Positions 19,325 to 28,700 of a DNA stretch of 64,000 nucleotides are shown one piece after another. The first letter of the stretch is position 1. Each line of letters starts with the position of its first letter. Source of the DNA: a virus; the IMG/VR virus record IMGVR_UViG_3300030060_007200. One strand, written 5' to 3'. Position numbers and translations under genes: made by a program. The notes below the pieces were generated by a model, which was given only the letters and a program-made list of their open reading frames with translations, did not search any database and was not told the DNA's origin.

Positions 19325-20683
19325 TTACCTCTGAGTTATTATACAGTTTATTAAAGCTGGTGCATTTTTAGCTGCTGTTGAATCTTCTGAGCCTATTCCT
19401 ATAAATATCATGTAGCCTTTACTTAAATTTGCTGTATGTGTAAAATCATTTGTTACAAATTTTCCCTGTACGAATGAAGCATCTTGATGAGCCAACAATG
19501 TTATATCAAGATTTGTGCTAGCATCATTATTAGGTCTGTTTGCTCCATATAAACCTAAAAAGAAATTATCACCTGTACAGGCACCACCAGGTCTACATGA
19601 GACTTGTAATTCAACAGCACTTACATCGAAAGGAAGTATCATCCCCCATCTGAAATTGTCTTCTGCAATTGATATTGTACTAACAGAGCCTAGAGTACCT
19701 CCTGATGCTTGAGCAGTATTCCAGTTAGAGTCCTGATTACTATAATTGTTTCCCATATACACTGCATTTTGTGTAAAAGGATTTGCGTTTATATAAATTA
19801 CACCTGAATACAATAAGTGTTTTGTGCCTGCGTATTTTGTGAATGAAGCATTTGATGCTGTAACATTCATTGACTTTATTGTACCGCTTGATGATACATT
19901 ACCACTTGTATCTAATGTTAGAGTGTTTGTTCCACTTTCATCTCTATCAAATAATAAAGGTCCACCTTCATATGTTATTCTTGATTGATTATCTTGTGCT
20001 TTTAATTTTAATTCTGCACCTGAATTTCTAGCAAGAGCTGCTACAGCATTTGAACCATTTGTATCCACTGTTATTCCGGTTGAGGATACGTTGCCACCAA
20101 ATGAACCACTACCACCAACTGTAAGCCCTCTTGTATTAGGATTGTATTTTAGATTAGCACTTGTTTCTACTGTTTGGCCAGCGCTGGCTCCATCAACTAC
20201 AGTAACAAAAAAGTCTGTATTATCTGTTGTTGCTACTGCCTGTACAGTCTGTGCTGTTGTTGCAGTTGTGCATGTGTTTGCTGAACCAACAGTTAATTCA
20301 CCAATAAGGTCAGACTCTGCTGTTAATACCGCTCCTGCTCCTCCCCATACTCCACTATCAATTGACCGTTTTTGTAACGTACCGTCATCTGCCATTATCA
20401 CAGCTGTATTTGTTGTTCCAGCTGCAAGTGCTGAATTAAGTTTTCCTGCGGTTATTGTACCACTTGCTGTAATATTACCTGTACCTGTATGGCTTCCGTA
20501 GTAACCTTTTATTTTATTAGATGCTGTAATTTCTGAAAAACAGAAACTAGACTTTGTTACATTGCTCGAACCTGAACCATAGTATAAAGAACCTGATGAT
20601 ACATTTATACCTAGCTCACCTTGTTTCAATGCTGCTGGTGCTTGTGAACCTGTTCCGTGTTTTAATATTATTCTCTGTGCCAT
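19325..20683 (-). CDS. Tail fibre / virion appendage protein
   Basis: IILKHGT...LKQGELGIN...LYYG fibre N-terminal module; rich in G/S/T/A. Confidence 0.7.
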   Translation of the reverse strand: MAQRIILKHGTGSQAPAALKQGELGINVSSGSLYYGSGSSNVTKSSFCFSEITASNKIKGYYGSHTGTGNITASGTITAGKLNSALAAGTTNTAVIMADDGTLQKRSIDSGVWGGAGAVLTAESDLIGELTVGSANTCTTATTAQTVQAVATTDNTDFFVTVVDGASAGQTVETSANLKYNPNTRGLTVGGSGSFGGNVSSTGITVDTNGSNAVAALARNSGAELKLKAQDNQSRITYEGGPLLFDRDESGTNTLTLDTSGNVSSSGTIKSMNVTASNASFTKYAGTKHLLYSGVIYINANPFTQNAVYMGNNYSNQDSNWNTAQASGGTLGSVSTISIAEDNFRWGMILPFDVSAVELQVSCRPGGACTGDNFFLGLYGANRPNNDASTNLDITLLAHQDASFVQGKFVTNDFTHTANLSKGYMIFIGIGSEDSTAAKNAPALINCIITQR

Positions 20684-20701
20684 ATTCTATAAATATCTTG
20701 T

Positions 20702-21604
20702 TTAAGAATTATTGAATGTAAGTATGCCACCATATACTCTTGTTGCAGAGGTGTCATCACTTAAGTTTATTTTAATCCATATATAATGTGTACTAGCATT
20801 AAAGCTTTTTGCGTTTGCAGAAAAAGAAAGAGCTTTTCCTAATGGTCCTGTTCCTAATGATAAGGTTGGTGAACCTACGCCATTAAAAGGTACAGCGTAT
20901 GCCGCCAGTGCGTCTGCAACAATTTGACTAGAATAAACTCCTACTGTTTTTCCAACAATACTAGAGCCTACAGGTAGCGATAATTGTGCATGGCACTCAC
21001 CACCTGAAGGTATTGTAATATAGCCTCCAGAATAATTACTTGTTGTGCTCACCATATAAAAATCTTTTGGCATTAACATATATGTTGTATTAGAGCCTTT
21101 ATACCCCTTTGCGTTCAGTGCAGTTGTAGCCGTTCCTGTTGTGTCTTGATTTCCTTTTGTATTAACACCAGGTAAATTTATATTAGCTGTTCCATTAAAG
21201 CTAACACCGCCTATAGTTCTGGCAGTTGCAAGTTTACTTGCTGCTGTTGCTGTTGCTGCATTACCAGTTGTATCTTGATTTCCGGCTATATTAACACCTG
21301 GTAAATCTATATTTGCAGTACCTGGAAACTGTACGCCGCCAATGCTAGGATTTGCTTTAAGCTTTTCTGCGTATGTTGCAACAGATAAGCCGTCACTTGC
21401 GTTAACCTCTAAAAGATTTACAATATCTATAATTTCTTCTGATTTTTTATTGAGGTATTGTATGGCATCATCATAAGGATTGTCATTGTGAGTTGTATCA
21501 TCAAATCTAGTTCTAATATTTTGTTGCTTTTGCGTGGTTGCTAAATTTGAATAGGCACTACCAGTATCATTAGATATATTATTTGATTTTTTAATATTTG
21601 CCAT
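20702..21604 (-). CDS. Tail fibre protein with internal repeat
   Basis: Two IGGVxFxGTANIxLPGVNxxGNQDTTG units and KLATARTI. Confidence 0.75.
   Translation of the reverse strand: MANIKKSNNISNDTGSAYSNLATTQKQQNIRTRFDDTTHNDNPYDDAIQYLNKKSEEIIDIVNLLEVNASDGLSVATYAEKLKANPSIGGVQFPGTANIDLPGVNIAGNQDTTGNAATATAASKLATARTIGGVSFNGTANINLPGVNTKGNQDTTGTATTALNAKGYKGSNTTYMLMPKDFYMVSTTSNYSGGYITIPSGGECHAQLSLPVGSSIVGKTVGVYSSQIVADALAAYAVPFNGVGSPTLSLGTGPLGKALSFSANAKSFNASTHYIWIKINLSDDTSATRVYGGILTFNNS
21130..21345 (-). repeat. Two diverged ~129-nt (43-aa) fibre repeats
   Basis: Seen directly in the translation. Confidence 0.75.
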
Positions 21605-23433
21605 TATTTTATTCTCCTATATTCCAACTGCCACATACCTCTAAAATTACCACTTCCTGTATACGGTGCGCCAAGTCTAATTCTAGGATATAATATACTA
21701 CCTACATCAAATGCACCTGATACAGGACATTGTATTTCATACATTCCATAAACAACAGACATTGTATTAACAAAGTTTGCTGAAAGACCATTTTCAAAAA
21801 GATTGTCGTTGTCAGCAGAAGTCAAAGGATATGTAAAACCTCCACCTGCTTGGCTAAGGTCTGTTTTAGGTTTAACAACAACTGATGCTGTAACTGCTGC
21901 TCCTGTAAAAGGCTTTGTTAAACCTGTTAATATAAATTTAGCCGATACCAATTCGGCCTTGTGCTGTAAGTGGTGGCCACTGTTTAGATATACAATACCA
22001 GTGTGTGGATATGCAGAGTAGTCTCTGTTCCAATAGTAATAATTAGGTCCTTGTGAGTTAGGTCCGTACCAAGTATTTGCATCAGCACCATTCTGTAATT
22101 GAAAGCTATACTGTATTGTTTCTGTATTTGTTGAGTATACATTTCCACTTGAACTTACTACTGAAGCTGTTACGTTTTGTGAGTTAATATCTGGTACTGT
22201 TAACCTTCCATCAGCTGCATTATATGTAAATGTTCCTGTATCGTCTCTTAATCCGTTTACTTCGTTGTGAAAAACTACTGGCGTTTCTGCATCTGCTGTA
22301 GAATTAGTAACTGTAACCGAACCTGCTAATGTTGCATTATCAACTACAGTCGCCGCAATTACATCTGAAAGAGATGTTCCGCCAATTGTTATTGCGTCTG
22401 CTTCTAATGTTCCATCAAAATCACCATCAACTGCATCTATATTTCCAACAAAAGTAGCCGCGGTTATATCACCACTTGCGCTTATATCACCTGAGGCTGT
22501 TATATTACCTGGTATGTTTGTTGGTACATTACCTATACGGATTTCGGCTCCGCTATAGTCTATTATTTGCTGACCTCTTGAATAATAGGCAGTTGCTTCT
22601 ATATCCCCACTTGAGCTTACATCACTTCCTGTTATACCGCCTGTAAGTGTTAGTCTATTTTTGCTTGGGTTGTATCTTATACCACCATCATATTTTATTC
22701 CTTGTGCTCCAGTATCTCCATTGTCCAAAAATGTTATAAACTGGTCTTCGTCTTCTGCGTTACTACCAGCAACAATATTTGTAGCGTTTGTAGCATTGAC
22801 AGCGTTTGTAGCAGATGATGCTATTCCTTCTACATTTCCAACAAATACACCGTCATAATTTACATAAGATGAAACATCTCCATTTGCTTTCCTGAATTCC
22901 AGTGGTAATTCATCGCTAATATTTATTTTTATATTAGAAGCTGTAATACCTGCACTCATACTTATGTGGCCACCTTGTCTAAATTCAATAGGTCTTTCGT
23001 TTCTATTAAAAAGTATGTACATTGAAGATGTAGCTGTAATGTTTTGAAATGCGAACCCAGCTCTACCACTGGCATTTGCAAATGCTGGAGAATCACCATT
23101 TTCTACTGTTGTCGATGCATTCATCTTTGCAAATTGTATAGTATTAGTATTTCCTAGATTCTGTTCTATTGTTGCGAGATTATCCCAGTTAACATTTGTA
23201 ACGTTTGCAAGATATCCCCACTGCGTTGCAGTTATGTTTGCAGAGCCAATAGCTGCTATCTCTGCCCATTCTGTATTTGTTATGTTTGAAGAACCTATCT
23301 CTTGTAGAGATGCCAGCTCAGTCTGACTTAGCACTGTACTTCCTGTACCGTCAAATATAGCTGCACCGTCTGTGTGCAACACTCGCTGGTAAGTATTTTG
23401 TATTAGCGAACCTGATAAATCTGGTAAAGCCAT
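21604..23433 (-). CDS. Tail fibre / virion structural protein
   Basis: GNITASGDISASGDITA beta-repeats; DGDFDGTLEADAIT segment. Confidence 0.7.
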   Translation of the reverse strand: MALPDLSGSLIQNTYQRVLHTDGAAIFDGTGSTVLSQTELASLQEIGSSNITNTEWAEIAAIGSANITATQWGYLANVTNVNWDNLATIEQNLGNTNTIQFAKMNASTTVENGDSPAFANASGRAGFAFQNITATSSMYILFNRNERPIEFRQGGHISMSAGITASNIKINISDELPLEFRKANGDVSSYVNYDGVFVGNVEGIASSATNAVNATNATNIVAGSNAEDEDQFITFLDNGDTGAQGIKYDGGIRYNPSKNRLTLTGGITGSDVSSSGDIEATAYYSRGQQIIDYSGAEIRIGNVPTNIPGNITASGDISASGDITAATFVGNIDAVDGDFDGTLEADAITIGGTSLSDVIAATVVDNATLAGSVTVTNSTADAETPVVFHNEVNGLRDDTGTFTYNAADGRLTVPDINSQNVTASVVSSSGNVYSTNTETIQYSFQLQNGADANTWYGPNSQGPNYYYWNRDYSAYPHTGIVYLNSGHHLQHKAELVSAKFILTGLTKPFTGAAVTASVVVKPKTDLSQAGGGFTYPLTSADNDNLFENGLSANFVNTMSVVYGMYEIQCPVSGAFDVGSILYPRIRLGAPYTGSGNFRGMWQLEYRRIK

Positions 23434-23443
23434 AACCTATTCC

Positions 23444-24004
23444 CTATTTGCGTTTTTCTAAAACTTTAATAACCTTTTCAATAACAGGCACTCTTTGTTT
23501 ACTTGTTATTGGATTTTCTTGTATATATTCTGCAACTATATTATTAAGCTTGTTCTTCTTTATAGTTAAATTTTCTATATTTATTTCTTCTTTAATCAGC
23601 ATTTTAACCAAATTAAAAATATGCTCTTTTTCCGTTAATGTAGGTTGGGATAATATATGTGCTGTACTTTTGGATTCTTGCAGTTTTGGTTTTGACTGTG
23701 ATAAAACCTCAACAGTCACCTTTTTTGATTGCTCTACTTTGAATTTAGATTCCCAAGGTATAAAATATGTGTCCTCTGCTATTACTTCTAATCGTATTTT
23801 ACCTTGTGTATTTTCATCGATTAAACCTCTCAATCTTTTTACTGGTACTTTAACTTTACCTGTATCAGATATTGTTCCCTTAAACATTACATCAAAGCCT
23901 TCTGCTTCTATAACCAATCTAGCTTTTGACTTCTTTATTGACGCACCTTCAAGTTTTATTTTTGCTTCGAAGTTTTCTATTTTATCCGTGTATAATTTGT
24001 ACAT
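23444..24004 (-). CDS. Hypothetical virion-cluster protein
   Basis: 186 aa with GAGGAG RBS. Confidence 0.75.
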   Translation of the reverse strand: MYKLYTDKIENFEAKIKLEGASIKKSKARLVIEAEGFDVMFKGTISDTGKVKVPVKRLRGLIDENTQGKIRLEVIAEDTYFIPWESKFKVEQSKKVTVEVLSQSKPKLQESKSTAHILSQPTLTEKEHIFNLVKMLIKEEINIENLTIKKNKLNNIVAEYIQENPITSKQRVPVIEKVIKVLEKRK

Positions 24005-24266
24005 TTTTCTTTATCTCCTCTGCCATTAGTTTTATATCATCTATGTGCAGCTCGATGTTTTCCACTTCTTTATTTTCGTCGTAAATCTTTATTCCTTTAT
24101 ACCACATTAAAAGACGTATTACTTTCTTTCTTTTCTTTTTATCTTTATCTCGCTTCTTCCAGTTTTTACCGCCTTCTATCTCAGCAATTATCTCCTGTAC
24201 AAGATTCCAATAATGTGGATTGTTGTTCCACTCAAAGTCTGCCGTATTCCATTCAATAAATGCCAT
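23982..24266 (-). CDS. Hypothetical protein
   Basis: 94 aa with Trp-rich N-terminus; late-promoter motif 1 nt upstream of the ATG. Confidence 0.75.
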   Translation of the reverse strand: MAFIEWNTADFEWNNNPHYWNLVQEIIAEIEGGKNWKKRDKDKKKRKKVIRLLMWYKGIKIYDENKEVENIELHIDDIKLMAEEIKKNVQIIHG

Positions 24267-24288
24267 ATATAAATATCAAACTATTTTG

Positions 24289-25728
24289 TTAAATACCAAA
24301 CAGTCCAGGACCAAAGTCTCCACCATCAACCTGCAAATTACTTCCTGTAAAAAACTTATTTGCTGATAATGCCGGACTTCCTGTAAATGCCGAGTTCAAT
24401 GTTAATGAGCTACCTGTAAAAAATTTATTTGCTGATAATGCAGGACTACCTGTAAACATAGAATTTAATGTTAATGAACTACCTGTAAAAAATTTATTTG
24501 CTGCAAGAGCGGCGCTTGCTGTAAATGTAGGTATACCTGTATTGTATAGTTTACCTTGAGAATGTATATTTCCATTTGATGCAATTTCAAAATCATTGTT
24601 TGTTGTAAAAGATGTACCTTGATGTATTGCAAATACAGATTGATTTTCATCTACACCTGCAATCCATCTTTTTGCTGTGGTATTATTCCAAAATATAATT
24701 CTTCTATCAGCATCACCTGGGTTTGCTCTTGTATTACCTATACCTAAATAATTGTTATCTACGGTAAGTACCGCACTGTTTGTTACCATTAAGCTGCCTA
24801 GTGCGAGTTGTAAGTCTTCACTTACTACTGCAGATTCTATACCTCCTATTCCAAATCTCATCGTGGCCTTAATCGAACTTCCATCAGTCGCAACACCATC
24901 AACAACACCTCTTATACGCATTGCTATTGCTTGCTCTCTTGCAACATCGACATCGACTCTTTTACGCAAAGATTCATCTTCCCAAACCAAACTTCCTAAT
25001 ACATCGTTAACAGAAGCTGTCGAAGGTGTATCAAATGTTCCTGGTGAATATGTTAATACAACTTCAGAACCAGATGTCTCAGTTACAACAGCAGCACCAA
25101 CAGCCCTGTTTGCAAATTTCTTTGTTACAAATTTACCATCTGTAAATTCCAATTCTTTAGAGCCATCGTCGCTTCTAAATTTAATACTGTCAGCCTTAAA
25201 ATCTATATCGTCCTTAGGGTTTGTTGTCTTAAATCCTATTCGGCCAGAACGTGAAACAAACATAAATGTTTTTTCTGTTTCTCCAAACTGTCCTTTTTCA
25301 GTAGGTTTGTGTATTCTCCATTCACCACCTTGTGTAAACCCCATCTCCAAAGAGCTTGTATGTGAAGCAACTGCTGAAGATTGCGAGCCGTCAGCCTCAG
25401 TTCTTGTAAATCTGGAATTTGTAAATGCTGTTCTAAAATTAGATGTAGATTCAGATATAGGTACAGGTATTCGAAAAGAACCTGTTGTAGTTGTATTTCC
25501 AAAAAACTCTATTGAGTTCTGTACTGACATTGACTTAAAAGATGCAGTGATAAACGCTACAGACTCTGTTGGTAAACCTCTTGACATCGAAACCATATTT
25601 GCAGGATTAGCGCCTGCGAAGCGTGGGTGGCCTGATGCTATACTACTACCTGTAGTATAAGACGTTATTGTCATACTTGTTGTTGTAAATATAATTGATG
25701 AGGTTGTAAATATGATATTTTTTGACAT
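24289..25728 (-). CDS. Virion structural / fibre-associated protein
   Basis: S/T-rich; GRIGFKTTNP fibre motif; C-terminal tandem repeats. Confidence 0.7.
   Translation of the reverse strand: MSKNIIFTTSSIIFTTTSMTITSYTTGSSIASGHPRFAGANPANMVSMSRGLPTESVAFITASFKSMSVQNSIEFFGNTTTTGSFRIPVPISESTSNFRTAFTNSRFTRTEADGSQSSAVASHTSSLEMGFTQGGEWRIHKPTEKGQFGETEKTFMFVSRSGRIGFKTTNPKDDIDFKADSIKFRSDDGSKELEFTDGKFVTKKFANRAVGAAVVTETSGSEVVLTYSPGTFDTPSTASVNDVLGSLVWEDESLRKRVDVDVAREQAIAMRIRGVVDGVATDGSSIKATMRFGIGGIESAVVSEDLQLALGSLMVTNSAVLTVDNNYLGIGNTRANPGDADRRIIFWNNTTAKRWIAGVDENQSVFAIHQGTSFTTNNDFEIASNGNIHSQGKLYNTGIPTFTASAALAANKFFTGSSLTLNSMFTGSPALSANKFFTGSSLTLNSAFTGSPALSANKFFTGSNLQVDGGDFGPGLFGI
24344..24525 (-). repeat. 69-bp tandem repeat (~2.6 copies) encoding FTGSSLTLNSxFTGSPALSANKF
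   Basis: cctgtaaaaaa recurs at 24344, 24413 and 24482. Confidence 0.9.
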
Positions 25729-28700
25729 TATTTACTCTCCAATTCTTCTATTCTTTTTGTTAGATTTTCTATTACCTCTTGTTGGTCTTGTATAGATTTA
25801 ACAAGTAAAGGTATAAATGCGTTATAGTCCATTACCATCGGTGCTTTTTCTGGTTCAGGGTGTGTTTCTTCGTCACCAACAACAGCATCAGGGAAATGAG
25901 GTTTTACATCTTGAGCAATAAAACCTGAAACTCTAGCACCACCTTCTTCTACAGGGTGGTTCTTCCATTCAAAATCATTAACAGGTATTTTCTTTAATAT
26001 ATCTATACCTAATACAGTTTCACCTATATTTTCTTTTAATCTTTTATCTGATACAGTTTCAAATATAACTTGATTTTTATATGCTAAATGACTTTTTCTT
26101 ATACCACCTGCATAATAACTTGTATATGCAAGGTCGGCAGGCTCTATCTCGTTATGGAAACATGAAAGATAGAAAGCATTTGCCAGACCACAATCTGTAG
26201 GAAGAGAAACATTATTCTTTCCAGGATTTGCACCACTACCTTGAGCCTCTGCACATGTTCTTGCTGGAGCGTTTCCTAAATTAGGCATACCTGAATGTTT
26301 AATAACACCTGGAGATGTTTTAAGCTGTACGTTCCTAGGTATTGTTGATGTTGCAATTTTTATACCATGCCCTGCCCCTGCCTGTAAACAATCAAAGTTT
26401 CCGTCTCCACCGACTGCAAGCATAGGGTCAGCCATCTTATTGAATATAGCTGCATACATATATCCTTGAGTATAAGGACCCGCATCTGTGCCTCCATGTG
26501 CTGCTTCATCCGGACAGTCCATAGAACTAAATCCGTTAACCATAAAGTGACATGTGTCATCGTTTCTTCCGTCATAATGTTTGTATGGAGATGCTATACC
26601 TGTAGGTGTTGCAGGGTTATATAATGGAGGACCTATTGTTGTTCCACAACCTATATAGTACCAAGAGTTGTGATGATTACCAACACCCATACCATAAAAG
26701 GGGTTTACACCTATAAAACCTGCGTCTTGCTTGTCCAAAGCTCCATGAGCTGAACAGTTACCACCGCCTCCTCCTGATGTAGTATCTCTAAAGTACGTTA
26801 TCTCACCTGTGACCTCATTATAATGCAATATATGGTTTGTATCTACATATTTTAACCCATAATACTTCCAATCATTATTTGCAAGTACATGCTGACCACC
26901 GTGGGTTGTGTTAACCTGGCTAGATGGTGGTGTTGCTGGCTGGCCGAATGTTAAACTGCCAGCATCAGGCTTAATCATTATACCATCATTACCATCAGCT
27001 ATATTTATCTGATTGTCTTTAGAGTGCTTGTTCTGAATAATCATTATATCATCAGCACTTCTATAAACCATTCCATAATCTGTAAATTTATTAGAGCCGT
27101 TATTGTTATGCCATACGTGGCCAAATGCATCTGAACTTGTTATCCAGTTTTGGCCCATCTTAAGGTCTTCAGTAGCTGTATGGTTTCCTAAATTGTCTGC
27201 ACCACCACCTCCTGCAGTATTAACAGACATTGTTATCGAGTCTGTACCTGCTTGTGAAGATAGTGTTACGTTTGTACCACCAACAAGTGTCAATGTATCT
27301 TGAGCCATATCAGCAACAACGTTAGCCGGTACCGCAGCTATTGCTGGTTGGCTTGAGTGTGTAGAAGCAATTATTGAAAAGTAATTAAATCCAGCACCAG
27401 GAGGTATTGTACCCCAAGACATACTAATTACTGTTGTACCTGCGCCATCAAATGATGTTGTTATACCACCAGCACCTTGAAACTTCATTGCTTGATTGCA
27501 CGTTGTAGCAGTTTGTGTTGTACCATCATCTACACCAATTGTTCCGTAAGCTGTTTTACAAAAACCAGATACAGACCATGTTACTGCATCTGTTGTAGCA
27601 TTTGATGATAGCGTTACATTGGCACCTCCGACAAGAGACAGAGTATCTGTTGTACTATCCGCTACAACGTTTGATTGCGCAGCTATACCTAATGCGGCGC
27701 TTGAATGAGTTACTGCAATTGTTTCAAATAAATTTTGGTCTGCAGCACCTGGTGAAGAGTTTGTAATTGTTATTGTGTCTGTACCTGCGTTTGTTGTTAT
27801 AGCCATACCAGTACCGGCAACCAATGTCAATGTATCGGTTGGTGAATCGGCTACTACATCAGTCTGTCCAGCTACTGCTATTGTCTTAAATAAGTCTTGG
27901 TCACCAATACCTGTTATACCACCTAAAGAACCCACATTAAATGTTATTCTATCGTTTACTGCATCAGTAGATATTGTTACATTTGTACCACCTAAGAATG
28001 TTACAGTGTCTGTTGTGTTGTCTGCAACAACTGATGACTGAGCACCTAGTGCTGCAGCACCTGCACCTATAGAGTTTGTTACTTGTATTGTTTCAAATAA
28101 ATTTTGGTCAGGGTCTCCACCTCCACCTAGAAGTGCGTGTGAAGATGTTACCTTTAACTGTCCTGTTACAGGGTCCCAATTTACAAGTTTAGATTGAGAA
28201 GCTTCTGGCAAACAAGGAAGATATACAGAACCAGATATAATCCATTCATCTGTACAGCTTACTCCAAAAAGACCTGGTCCGGACATTGTAATAGGTCCTG
28301 TTACAGTAATAGGTCCTGATGCAGAAAAACCTGAGCTAAATGTTACGGGTCCTGTAAATGAAGATGTACCTCCAAATACTTGAGGTCCTGTTGTGTTTAT
28401 AGAACCTGAAAATATAAAAGGACCTGTACTAAATGTTGTTGGTCCGTTAATTATATTAGGACCACTTGCACTAAATCCACCACTAAACGTTGCCGGACCT
28501 GTTACGTTAACAGTGTTTGTAACAACGTTTGTAAATGTTGCTGTTAATTCGTTTTTCCAAGGTACATGAGGTACAACTGCAGTATAATTTGATATGTCAC
28601 CATAGTCATTGTAGAATTCAAACTTAAAGTCTAATGAGTCATAAGCTGCTACATTACATTTTATTGTAGGAAATATTACATCCCAAGTTCCTGGTGTAAA

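Noticed and set aside
24344-24525. CRISPR array or DGR template/variable repeat
   Set aside because: These are in-frame coding tandem repeats with no spacers; no cas or reverse transcriptase gene is in the window.
24752-25660. 302-aa plus-strand ORF, and similar ones at 23448-24029, 31441-32109, 50412-50819 and 54565-55275
   Set aside because: Antisense shadows of well-supported minus-strand genes, with no recognisable motifs or start signals.
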